From the NCBI GenBank assembly GCA_963749155.1, contig CAVVLO010000002.1, forward strand, positions 352,001 through 416,000: a stretch of 64,000 nucleotides of DNA, written 5' to 3'. Position 1 is the first letter of the stretch; every line of letters starts with the position of its first letter. This stretch comes from an uncultured Armatimonadia bacterium (GTDB taxonomy: Bacteria; Armatimonadota; Zipacnadia; CAVVLO01). The translations under genes were made by a program, and so were the position numbers. Shown piece by piece: positions 9,780-20,181 of this stretch. Under the pieces are notes generated by a model. It made no database searches. It saw nothing but the letters and a program-made list of their open reading frames with translations, and was not told where the DNA came from.

Positions 9780-12700
9780 ATGAGAGTATTGGCATTGGGT
9801 TTTGCCCTTGTATTCCTGCTTGCTACTTGCGCCCTGGCGCTTGCCGATGAGGCCGCACTCGAGCAGCTTACCCAGGAGCTTGCTGTCCCTCTGGAAGGCT
9901 GGCGTTGTGCCACTGAAGATAACTCCGCCTTCGCTGCTGCTGATTTTGACGATTCCACCTGGCAACCTGTTGAAGCCGGGCAGGAATTCCTAAAGTCGGA
10001 AAATACCACTGGCTGGGTTCGTATGAGTTACAAGGTGCCAGTCGAGTTGTTTGGTGTAAAGCTTGCTGGCCAGCCCTTAATCATCAGCCTGGGGACAGAT
10101 GACCTGGGCGACCTTTATGTGGACGGGCAGAAGGTGCAGAGTTTCAGGTGGGAAAGTGGACTCGCTCTCCTAACCCGTAAAGCCGAACCTGGCCGCACTC
10201 ATACAATTGCTTTGCGTATCACCAACGAGCGTGGCCCTGGTAGTCTACGTTTTGCCCGCCTGCTCGCCAGTCCCTTGCAGCAACAACGCTATCTAGCCAA
10301 GGGATTGCTCTATGGTATCGGTTATCTGCGCTGGCTGGCCGATCAGGGCAAACTTGACAAGACCGCAGTCGAACGCGATCTCACTGCCGCCTTGCGCCTA
10401 ACCTCGCCTACTGGCGGAGAACCAACTCTCGCAGGCCTGAGTCAAGCCTGGCGCTATCTGCATGAGCGCTATGACGGCAAGACACCCGAGGGCACGGTGC
10501 ACTTGCTGGGTCACGCCCATATAGATATGAACTGGCTCTGGATGTGGCCCGAGACTCTTGATGTTTGCCGTAATACCTACAACGATATGCTCTCCAAGCT
10601 GGTGCTTTTCCCGGATTTCCGCTTCAGCCAGAGCACCGCAGCGACTTATGAAGTCCTCGCCGAGACCGATCCTGAAATGATTGCGTCCATCAAAAAGGCA
10701 GTTGCAGCTGGCCAATGGGAACTCGTTGGGGCCACCTGGGTCGAGGGTGAGAAGAATATGGCCAGTGGAGAGGCCCTGGCGCGCCATCTGATGTATGCCA
10801 AGCGCTTCTGGCTCAAGGAATACGGCGTTGATGTGACGACCGGCTTCGAGCCAGACACCTTCGGCCATGCCTGGACTCTACCGATGATCCTCTCGAAAGC
10901 TGGGGTGGATAGTTATTATTTCTGCCGTGCTGGCAAGGGACTCCCTCTTTTCTGGTGGGAAGCGCCTGATGGCTCGCGCGTGCTTGCTTACAACTCGGTA
11001 GATGTCTGGTACAACGACCAGATCAAGCCCTCGCTGCCTATGCAGTTCACTCAGTTCCAGGACCGTTTCGGGCTCGATGAGGAGATGTGGGTGTATGGCG
11101 CCGGTGACCATGGCGGTGGCCCGCGTCTTGATGACGTCGAGACTGCAATGGGCCTGATGAATATGCCTGCTGGCCCTACCTTCAAGTTTGACACCTTGCG
11201 CGGCACTATGGACTCGCTCGAGGCAAATCTCGGAGCTGATGCTCCGGTTGTCGCGACTGAACTCAACACGGTTTTTGAAGGCTGTTATACCTCTCATCCC
11301 GAGATGCACTCGGAGAACCGCAGGCTCGAAAACTTCATCTCCTCTGCAGAAGCAGCCTGTCTGCTTGCGACCCCTGCCCAGGCCTATCCTGGCGCCACCT
11401 GACGCAAGGCCTGGACCAATGTGCTCTTCAACCACCACCATGATCCAGGCGATGGCACTTCCATCGAAGCGGCATATCCCTTCCATCACGCCCTTTTTGA
11501 AGAATCTGACAAGCTGACCGGAGAGGCGCTTTCAGGCGCTTTTGGGGCCGCAGCCAGGTTGCTTCCTCAGGGGCAAGAAGGCTTGCCAGTCCTGGTTTTT
11601 AACCCTCTGCCCTGGAAGCATCAGGGCGAAGTTACCGTCGCCTTGCCTGTGCAATTCCGAGGCCGGGCTTTCGAGGTTGTTAATCGGCAAGGCAAGCCGC
11701 TCCAGTTCGCACTTGCTCTGGATGGGGGCCTCACTGTGCTGGCAGAGGCGCCAGCCCTGGGGTTTGATGCGTTCTACTTGCGCCCAAGCGATGGAGAGCT
11801 TACTCCAGGGCCGATTGCACTACCTTCAGATACTCTTGAGAATCGCTATCTTCGCCTTGCCTTTGATCCCGCAACTGGACGCGTGCTGTCTCTCTTCGAT
11901 AAGCACACTGACAGGGAACTCGCCAAAGCTGAAACCGAGTTCGCCGGACTGGAGGGCTGGCTTGAGAATCCTGTGGGCAACGCCTGGGTGATTGGCAAGC
12001 TCAACGGCCCTGAGCCACTGGTCGCGAGTTCGACAAGCGCCACCGTGGATGCACTCGGAAGCACCCTGACAACTGTCTACGAGTATTCGGACTCGACCCT
12101 CACCCGGCGCCTGCGCCTGCCAGTGGGTATGCCCTGGCTGGAGGTGAAGGTCGATATAGACTGGCGAGAGAAGCCAACTCGTGAGACAGGCAGCCGCCTG
12201 GTCAAACTGGCTTTCCCCACCAGTTTGGTTGCCCCCTACGCTCGTTTTGAATTGCCTTTCGGGTCGATGGAGCGCGGCGCAAGTGGCGCCGAGGTGCCCG
12301 CTCAGCGCTGGGCTACCTTGACCGAGTATACGCGCCCCAAGCTGGAAGCGCCTTTCACCCAGCTCGACCTGACACAGGAGTTCAATGCTGCCAGTTGTGC
12401 AAGCCCAGGTGAAGCAACCTCAGTCACCTTTGACCACAGCAGCGCCAACATCCCGCCGGACCTGTTCCCTGAAAACGAAAAAGAACTGCGGGTGCAAGGA
12501 GTGCCCTACAGGTTGCCTTCTCGCTTTGGCGCCAACAACCTGGAGTGTGATGGGCAGGTACTTCCTGTTGATAACGAGGCAGCCACGCTCTATTTCCTGG
12601 TTGCCGCAACTCGTGGCAGCCGCACCGGCCAACTGAAAATCAACTACGCCGATGGCTTCAAAGCCAGCGCGCTGCTGCACGCGACTGACTGGGCTAGCAA

Positions 12701-13463
12701 GCCTGCTTCTCAGGATGAGGTTATGGCTCTCTATTCTGATTACAGGCTCAATCCATCCGGTGAGCGTGAAGCCTGCCCAATTGTCATTAGCTCTGTCGCT
12801 GTGCCACTTCCCAAATACGGCAAGCTGAAGTCCATACAACTGCCCCTGGAGCGCGATCTGCACCTCTTCGCGGTTACGACAGGCCCAGGCGCGGCTCGGG
12901 GTGAAGGGAGTTTTTCTCTTGCTTTTCTCAATAATAGCAAGTATGGTCATAGTGTGCAGGACACCACTGCTCGCATAACTCTGGTCCGGGGCCCCTTCAA
13001 TCCGCATGAACCTGATCCGACTCAGCCTCCAAGCAGCACCTCGGTTACAGTGCGCGTCTACCCCCATGCAGGTGACTGGTATGAAAAGGGGATGCAAGTC
13101 CTGGCTACAGAGCTCAATCGCCCTCTGCTAGCCTCGGTGGCGCCTCAGCCCTCAGGCGAGACGCCTCCTGCCTGGTTGCAACTTGGGATGCCCTGTCTCA
13201 CTCTGGCGCCGGACAACCTGGTCTTCAGTGCCGTCAAACAGTGCGAGGATGACAAATCCTGGATTGTGCGATTCCACGAATCCGTCGGTCTTCCCACTGA
13301 AGCTCTAATCAAGTTGCCAATTGGCGTGAGGTCGGCTGTGGAAGTAGACCTCCTCGAGCGCAAGCTCAAGGGAGCCCGACCGGTGACTATAGACGGCCAA
13401 CTGGTGAAGGTTCAGATAAAGCCTTATGAAGTACTTACCCTCAAGCTCGAGCTCGCTTCCTAG
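9780..13463 (+). CDS. Secreted GH38 alpha-mannosidase-like protein, interrupted by an in-frame TGA at 11400-11402
   Basis: Signal peptide, GHAHIDMNWLW, PDTFGH, GAGDHGGGP, EVPAQRW, NNSKYG. ORFs 9630-11402 and 11421-13463 are in the same frame: YPGAT*RKAWTNVLFNHHHD. Confidence 0.88.
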
Positions 13464-13471
13464 GCGCTCAC

Positions 13472-13500
13472 AAAAGGGGAGCCGCCAGGCCGGCTCCCCT
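13472..13500. terminator. Terminator between convergent genes
   Basis: AGGGGAGCCG-loop-CGGCTCCCCT, with a U-tract on the minus strand. Confidence 0.75.
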
Positions 13501-13523
13501 CTACCTTACAAAGCAGTTATTGC

Positions 13524-14499
13524 CTATCCCATCAAATGCTTGACGAAGAAGTCATAGCTCTTCGCTCCGGAGAACTGATGATCTCCACTGAAGACATCCA
13601 GATCTAGCTTCTCGCGGACTCCGTAGACCTCGTAGATTTCCTCCAGTTTTGCATAGGCTTCCTTTACCGCGGGCAGGGGGAATATCGGATCCACATCGCC
13701 TGCTTCTACTACTAAGGGCCGTGGGGCAATCAGGCCAGCCACATCGTAGTTCTCGGCCCATTCCAGGATGCCCGGAATGAAGTTGCAGGTGCAGTGGTTC
13801 ATCGCCAAAATGCTGCCAAGCCAGGTGCAGGTGTAGCCACTTATGCAGGTGCACTTCACTCGCTCATCAATTGCGGAGGTGAAGGTGGTCACAGTCCCTC
13901 CGCCCGACAAGCCGACCATCCCGAGCTTGTCCGGGTCCACAAAATCCAGGGACTGAAGCAAATCAAAGCCCACCATCGAATCCCATACGCGCAGACCGAC
14001 TATTGTCTTACCCATTATAATCAGGTTGAGGTTCTCGCGGCCTTCCTCCTCGCCCCGTTCGCCCCACCCACGCCCATCGGGCACCAGAGTAACAAAGCCC
14101 CGCCGGGCGAAGCCAGCTCCGAAACCATGATGCACGTCTACATCGTCAAGAAGCATCTTGCGTCCCTGACCATGCCCATGATGGGCAAGCACAGCAGGCC
14201 GCCTTTCGCCAGGCTTCAGGTCCTTGGGGATAAGCAAATCTGCCGGTACGACGCTCCACTCATCACTTCTGAAAGTCAGCGTCCGTATGATGTAGTCGCC
14301 CGCGTCTTCCTCTTCTGGATGGCACCTCGAGTGGGACGCGTTTGCTGGGGAAGCCCCCCAAAAGCTCGATCACCTTGCCGCGCAGGCTGGCGCGCCAGAG
14401 GTCCGCTTCCTGCAAGCTTGTAGCCTGGAATTCCAACTTACGTTTTGTGGCAGCATAATATCGATTACTCCACTCCAAAGCCGAATACTCTGGATTCAT
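13524..14499 (-). CDS. Alpha/beta hydrolase (dienelactone hydrolase/acetyl esterase-like), frameshifted near 14320
   Basis: HHGHG, GLSGGG nucleophile elbow, D..F, GDHQF. Upstream ORF 14263-14499 supplies the N-terminus; the downstream frame extends back through EEEDAGDYIIRTLTF. Confidence 0.8.
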
Positions 14500-15668
14500 T
14501 CCTCAGCTTCCTCCTGCTCTGCTCGCGAGTAGAATTCTTTCACCAGATTGTTCTCGACAATCACATCTGCAAGCCCTTCAGCCACCTCGATACCCTTACT
14601 GCTCGACTGTATCACGCAGCCTGTAACAACCGTACCCAGACCGCCAGCTAGCCGCAGAGCTGGCTGATCGAAGTCAGAATGCAATCTCCTGAGCTGGCAA
14701 CCGCACACCGTCACCAACTCGCAGTCTCGCACCTCGAGAGCCGGCAGGCCATTAGCTGACAGTTCAAGGCCAGAGACGCGCACCTGGGCGCCCGGCCCGT
14801 CCACCAGCATCCCGCCGAAATGGGTCCAGAAGGTGCCCCCGGCAAAACTCACCGTGTGGCTCCCTCTGACCTCCACTCCAACTGCGCAAAAATCTGCAGA
14901 ACAGTTAGCCAGGCTACCCCAGGTGCCTCCTTCGATTTCGCAGCCCTCAATCTCATCGGCAAGCAAGAAGCCTCTGTTCATTTTGAAGGCGAAGCAATCT
15001 GACACCAGCAGTACATCGTTCTTGCCCAGCAGGAAACCTACTCCAATATCGAAGGCCGTCGGGCTGCTCGGGCTCCACACTTCGACGCGCGAGATCCAGG
15101 ATGAGTCCCAGGTGCCCGTCATCCGCACGCCGATATGATGCACGTCAACGATAAAGCAATCGGTGACCAGCGCGCGGCCCACATTGCTTTTACCATCAGC
15201 AACAATGGCATCCCAGGCGCTCTGGAACTTGCATTCGCTCACTCGGCAACCAACACCAGCCAACTCAATGGCAGGTGGGATTGCTTCGGGCGCCTTGCCC
15301 TTCCAGTCATAAGAAAAATACAGCCCTGTTACACTGCTGCCCCCTTTGAGCCGTATGCAAGGGCCATCGACTGCCTCCGGCAGAATCACAGGCAGCGCGT
15401 TATTGTCGCCCACCCAGGCCGCCTGAGGCTGCCCAGTCAGCGTCTGCTGCGCCAGGGTCAGCCCGCGAGTAAGCCTGTAACGCCCTTCGGGCACAACGAT
15501 TGGTTCGTGGGTCTCGGACGTCGCCAGCAGTGCCTGCTCAAAAGCCGCCGTGTCATCAGCCACGCCATCGCCCATCGCACCGTAGTCTCTCACGTTCACT
15601 GATGCCACTGCACAAGCCACCAGCCCCACCAGCAACGCGCCAGTCCAAATCACCAAATACAATCTCAC
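14496..15668 (-). CDS. Secreted right-handed beta-helix protein (pectate lyase 3 superfamily)
   Basis: Signal peptide then VNVRDYGAMGDGVADDTAAF...VPEGRYRL. GTG start overlaps the upstream stop (GTGA). Confidence 0.85.
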   Translation of the reverse strand: MRLYLVIWTGALLVGLVACAVASVNVRDYGAMGDGVADDTAAFEQALLATSETHEPIVVPEGRYRLTRGLTLAQQTLTGQPQAAWVGDNNALPVILPEAVDGPCIRLKGGSSVTGLYFSYDWKGKAPEAIPPAIELAGVGCRVSECKFQSAWDAIVADGKSNVGRALVTDCFIVDVHHIGVRMTGTWDSSWISRVEVWSPSSPTAFDIGVGFLLGKNDVLLVSDCFAFKMNRGFLLADEIEGCEIEGGTWGSLANCSADFCAVGVEVRGSHTVSFAGGTFWTHFGGMLVDGPGAQVRVSGLELSANGLPALEVRDCELVTVCGCQLRRLHSDFDQPALRLAGGLGTVVTGCVIQSSSKGIEVAEGLADVIVENNLVKEFYSRAEQEEAEE

Positions 15669-16676
15669 TTTGCACGCTCCTTCCAGGCATCCTGGGCTAT
15701 CATCGTTTCTATACAAGCCACTGCGTTGGCGGTGGGCACATCAGCCATAATCGGCTTGGTTGGTTCGAGGATAAAACCGCCCCCCTTGCCACACTCGACC
15801 AGCAGCCGGTTTATCTCGCTCCGGATGCCTTCTGGGTTGCCGTGCGGCAGCAATACCTGCGTCCCAATACCGCCCTTGAAGGTTACCTCGCTGCCGTATT
15901 CTCGCTTAAGAGAATACACATCCATCGCTTCTGGCTGGAAGGGATCTATTATCTGAACTCCCATATCAATATATTCACCAATGATTTCAGTATTGTCGCC
16001 GCAAGTATGGATACCCAGCACCTTGCCGCTCTCTCGGACTGCCGTATACATCCTCGCAAGGCGAGGCTTAAGATAGGTCTCCCAATGGGGCTTGCCCATT
16101 ATCAGGCCTTTCTGGGCGCCGACATCATCACCCAGCCAGATCGCATCAACTTTGGTGCGAGCCACCAACTTGATAGCCGCCAGATGCGCTTCCATCAGCC
16201 CTTCCATCAATTCATGCACGAAGGCCGGCTCTGCAGGCCATATCCATCAGGATGTTCTCCATCCCCCGCAGCGCCCAGGCCCGCTCGAAAAAAGACAGCC
16301 CAATACTATAGATGTTGAAGGTGTCGGGACGCTGCTCGCACCACTCATCTATACCAGGCAGCTCCTCCTCTTTCACAAACTCGGGAATGGTGAGCTTCGA
16401 GAGGTCTGGTTCCGCAAGCAGCGGTTCCTCGATATGGAAGATAGAGCCCCACTTCCACACGACGCCAAAGCAATCCCTGGTATGAGACTCGTCCACCCAC
16501 TCGCCCCACCAGTTCCAGCCCAGGCCATCAATATGATTGGCAATAGGTGGCCAGTCGCCGTGATAGTGCTCCCTGTCCAGTCGCTCCCACACGGGCCCTT
16601 CTATTGGGATGTTATATGGCACCAAGTCTGCTTCTTCATGCCTCAGCGCCGCATAAACGCGTTCTTTTCGAGTCAT
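15665..16676 (-). CDS. Uroporphyrinogen decarboxylase / MtaA-CmuA family protein, frameshifted near 16237
   Basis: MTRKERV, FERAWALRGMEN, GDDVG, HTCG, PFQPEAMD, GGIGTQ, GGGFIL. Removing one base joins the two ORFs. Confidence 0.85.
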
Positions 16677-16678
16677 AT

Positions 16679-17911
16679 CTACTCCTCCCCCTCGATTGGG
16701 CCTCCCATCGGTAGCTCCAGTTGTAGCTCGCTTAAATCCTTCGCCGCCTTGCCGTATTTCCCCCCGCCACCTGCCACGAGCGGCAACTTCCCCTCTCGTG
16801 CCAGCAGCAGTGTGCGCGCAAGTTTGGGAGACATAACCTCAAGCAACTCTTCCTCGGTGGCTTCATGAAGCACCGCCAGCTCGCTGCCAAATCTGGTGTG
16901 CAGCTTGCTGCGCAGCGCCGGCCCAATGCCAGGCACAAACTCCAGCGGGACCTGGTGGACGTAAGGCGGCCTTGCAGGATTGGTTCTCTCTGGGTCGCCA
17001 AGCTGATACAACCTGTCCAGTACGCCCCGAGTCACCTTGTAGCTGCCGCAGAACTGACACTCCAGCACTGGAGGGGCTGCAGTCGCCCTCTGTTCGCAGA
17101 TCTCGCAAAAAGTGCGATGGTATTTCCCAAGCCGGGGATCCAGGCCGTAATTCGCAACGATTTGCCGGCCTTCTACTCCCGCCAGAGCTTTGAAAACTTC
17201 CTCATAGCTGCTCTCTTCCACAAGCAATTCATTATGCTCGCGCGCAAGTTTCGATAGCGAATGGGCATCAGAGTTCGACACGAAACCAAAGCCTTCGAGT
17301 TCTGGCAGCATATCGGCCAGTTGCGAGTCAGCGCTGAGACCGAGTTCAATCGCAGGTATGTGGCGCGCGGTCTCCTCCGAGAAGACCTGCCAAAAGCTGT
17401 CTGCAGAGGCCCCATACAGGCTTTTATGGGGAGTAAAGCAATGAGCCGGCATCACCAGCCCCCCGTGTTCGATGACCAATTGGGCAAGCTGCTCTGAGGC
17501 CAGACCGCAGTTCTGACTGGACAACTCGAAGTTGGTAATACAGGGCGATATGGCTTGCGAGAAAGCTCTTAGCTGGTCAATAAAGGGAAACCAGGCGATA
17601 TGATGCGCTAGTCCCCCTCGTGGCTCGCGAGTTTCGATCTCACAACCTGTAAGCACTGTCACCTGGTCTTTATATCGCAGGCCCCCCCCAGCCAGTTCGA
17701 CCAGCTCACCCTGATCCAGGAGCCGCAGCAGGTCACGTTGAACCCCTTCTCCACCACAGTCAACCAGGCCAACGATATCGAGCCCTTTACGCTCGCGGGC
17801 TTCTATCAAGGCGTTTTCGAAGGTAAGTCGGCGTGAGGCCGTTATCTTCACAGGGCGGCCTTCAGAGGTCGCTCCCAGGTGGATGTGCAAATCCGCAAAC
17901 AGATGCATCAA
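16679..17911 (-). CDS. Endonuclease Q family (TIGR00375, PHP domain)
   Basis: ADLHIH, PAHCFTP, ELGLSAD, SNSDAHS, LGKYH, CxxC..CxxC, GGGGKYG. Confidence 0.9.
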   Translation of the reverse strand: MMHLFADLHIHLGATSEGRPVKITASRRLTFENALIEARERKGLDIVGLVDCGGEGVQRDLLRLLDQGELVELAGGGLRYKDQVTVLTGCEIETREPRGGLAHHIAWFPFIDQLRAFSQAISPCITNFELSSQNCGLASEQLAQLVIEHGGLVMPAHCFTPHKSLYGASADSFWQVFSEETARHIPAIELGLSADSQLADMLPELEGFGFVSNSDAHSLSKLAREHNELLVEESSYEEVFKALAGVEGRQIVANYGLDPRLGKYHRTFCEICEQRATAAPPVLECQFCGSYKVTRGVLDRLYQLGDPERTNPARPPYVHQVPLEFVPGIGPALRSKLHTRFGSELAVLHEATEEELLEVMSPKLARTLLLAREGKLPLVAGGGGKYGKAAKDLSELQLELPMGGPIEGEE

Positions 17912-17986
17912 ACTACTAATCCAACTCCAGAAGATGAAGTGGGCTCTAGTTCGACGGCTGCCTCAATACTCTTGCTTGCCTTAACC

Positions 17987-18018
17987 AAAGAGAAAGGAGA
18001 GGCCCGAAGGCCTCTCCC
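17987..18018 (-). terminator. Intrinsic terminator
   Basis: GGAGAGGCC-loop-GGCCTCTCC followed by a T-rich tract on the minus strand. Confidence 0.75.
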
Positions 18019-18047
18019 ATGGTGCTGTCTACTTGGTAGCTAACCCC

Positions 18048-19670
18048 TCATTGAGAGAGGCGCTGGCCACACTTGGGACAGAACTTGTAACTTGGCGCAC
18101 AGGTTGCGCAGAGTTCGACCTGGCATATCGGGCAGTTGGCAAAAGCCTGGGCAAGTTGGCCACAAGCCGGACAGTAAGTGAAGCCTGCCTCGACCTCGCG
18201 GCCGCAATGGACGCAGTGATCAAGCGCCCTGGCTTCGACTGCTTGTTCGATGACAGGCGCTGCAGGGGTCGAAGGCTCGATAACAGGTTCCCTCTCTGCT
18301 TGCGCGTATACCTCTGGTTGCTCTGCCACAGGTTCCTCGGGCATCCAGGAAGGCGCCGGTGGTTCCTCTTCTTCAGGTCGATTGGCATACCAGGTGCTCG
18401 CAAGCTTCATATAGTAAGCCACGATAACCAGCACACCGACTATGAGCAGCAAGCCGCGATAGTTCGGATGGAGTTGGGCTTCAGGCACCAGCACGAAAGC
18501 CAGCAGCACCAGCAACAGCACCGCGTTGCGCCCGAGTTCTCCCCCTGACAGTTTGCTGGCGAAAATGACCACCATCAACCCGACAACGATCGCTGCGATA
18601 GTGAGCGCCCAGCCAATTGGCAGCAGACCCGCCAGGATGACCAGGAAGGGATAGAACAAATAGAAAGCGATTCCCAGGAAAGGCACCGCAACGACCGGTA
18701 TCTTGGCGCCCTTCATTCCAGCGGCCAGCAAAAGCAATATCAGGAAGAGCACAAGCAGCATTGGACTGAGGCTCATCAGAGGCGATATTGCATCCAGCTT
18801 CTCCGCCTGGCCTGCCTTCTGGGGCAGCACGAAACCCAGATTCTGGCGAGTCACGACATTCTCCAGATCCCAGGAGAAAACTTTTGTATTGGGGCCTTCC
18901 TGCTGCTCGTTATCCGGCACCATCGCGCCTTCGGGGAACTCCAGATCATCGGGGCTCATATCATCGCCAGTGAACTTGATGGCGAATTTCAGATGCTCGA
19001 GCCGGCTGTCCGAGGGCAATTCGTAGTAATAGGAGTTTTCACCGCGGGCAGTATATGTAACCACAAGCTTAACTGTCTTTCCGGCGGGGAAACGTGTCGT
19101 CCAGCTTGCTTCGTTGAGCTTGTAGTCGACATTCTTCACTGGCTTGTCATCCACAAGGATCTGAGTACCTGTAAGCGAGGAGACATTGGGCGGGAAGGGG
19201 AAAGTCAGGTCCGCTCTGATTGGGAACTCATTGTCATTGCGGAAGACATAGACGCCCTTGAAGTCTGCCACATAAGCCGGTTGGTACCAGACTGGCTCCT
19301 TGCTACCGGCCTTCTCGCCGCCTTTCTCCTTGTAATGGCCCGCGACCCCTAAGGTGATGTCCGCCGTTGCTGGCACAAACTGGGGAGGCGAGGCTCGACG
19401 CAAGGACTCGGCCATCTGGGGGCTGACTACAGCCGTGTCATAGGCCGCTTTGGCCTGCACTGGGGCCTGACGCAAGGACTGGACAGAGCCCTCATAATGC
19501 CGCTCTGACGCGTCCGAGCCTGGAAGCCCCATATTTCCCGCAGGCGCAATTGGAGGTGGCGAGGCTGACCTTTTTGCGCCGTAGAAAAGGGAGAAGGTAC
19601 TGAACATCATAACGATGAGGACAAGAGCGCCGAAAAGAGCGCCGAAGATATAGAGGCCTTGTTTATTCAT
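18048..19670 (-). CDS. Inner-membrane protein, CreD-like architecture with C-terminal zinc ribbons
   Basis: N-terminal TM, beta-rich extracytoplasmic domain, about 5 C-terminal TMs, P/E-rich linker, five CxxC motifs. Confidence 0.65.
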   Translation of the reverse strand: MNKQGLYIFGALFGALVLIVMMFSTFSLFYGAKRSASPPPIAPAGNMGLPGSDASERHYEGSVQSLRQAPVQAKAAYDTAVVSPQMAESLRRASPPQFVPATADITLGVAGHYKEKGGEKAGSKEPVWYQPAYVADFKGVYVFRNDNEFPIRADLTFPFPPNVSSLTGTQILVDDKPVKNVDYKLNEASWTTRFPAGKTVKLVVTYTARGENSYYYELPSDSRLEHLKFAIKFTGDDMSPDDLEFPEGAMVPDNEQQEGPNTKVFSWDLENVVTRQNLGFVLPQKAGQAEKLDAISPLMSLSPMLLVLFLILLLLAAGMKGAKIPVVAVPFLGIAFYLFYPFLVILAGLLPIGWALTIAAIVVGLMVVIFASKLSGGELGRNAVLLLVLLAFVLVPEAQLHPNYRGLLLIVGVLVIVAYYMKLASTWYANRPEEEEPPAPSWMPEEPVAEQPEVYAQAEREPVIEPSTPAAPVIEQAVEARALDHCVHCGREVEAGFTYCPACGQLAQAFANCPICQVELCATCAPSYKFCPKCGQRLSQ

Positions 19671-19736
19671 TGTTACCCCTCCTGTGATAAGTGTCGCTTG
19701 TTGGACTGATCAACTGCAGGAAAGGTTCCCGAGCTT

Positions 19737-20030
19737 TCACTCGCTAGATGGCGTTGTGGAAGGCGGTTGAATTTGGACTGGCTGAGAGGGCTTGTAAAAC
19801 CGGTTGTAAACTAGACCTGCAATCCATCCAAGCAGGAATCCATCCAGAAATCCATACGGCAGTGCAAGTGCCACAGAGGCGATCCCAACACCAAAGCCAG
19901 GCCATATCAGGACTAGCAGACTGCTGCTGAAAGTGCCCGTTACCAGCAAGGCGAAAAGCGCCAGCAGTTGGGCCCCTATCCCAAACACAACTCCTGCCGC
20001 AAGACCCATCTTGAGTGGGTTGATACGCAT
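19737..20030 (-). CDS. Small 2-TM membrane protein (holin-like family)
   Basis: GLAAGVVFG...YGFLDGFLLGWIAGLVYN. SD AGGAG. Confidence 0.7.
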   Translation of the reverse strand: MRINPLKMGLAAGVVFGIGAQLLALFALLVTGTFSSSLLVLIWPGFGVGIASVALALPYGFLDGFLLGWIAGLVYNRFYKPSQPVQIQPPSTTPSSE

Positions 20031-20181
20031 GACAACTCCTGCACTGACTGCTTGAACCGGCAAGCAAAACTAATATGGCTAGCTTTAACAGAGACTTCTG
20101 ACTCTCTCCACTACCTTACCACTAATTAGACCAGAATCAGCAAGTGGAAAGCCAGCTCAGTTCGTAAGGCTCATCGGGCTG

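Noticed and set aside
11400..11402. Genome-wide TGA recoding or selenocysteine
   Set aside because: TGA acts as a normal stop elsewhere (ATGA/GTGA overlaps at 14496, 15665, 34623). The position corresponds to Leu, not Cys, and the downstream stem has a large loop unlike a SECIS.
19737..20030. Prophage remnant suggested by the holin-like gene
   Set aside because: No other phage, integrase or lysin genes nearby.
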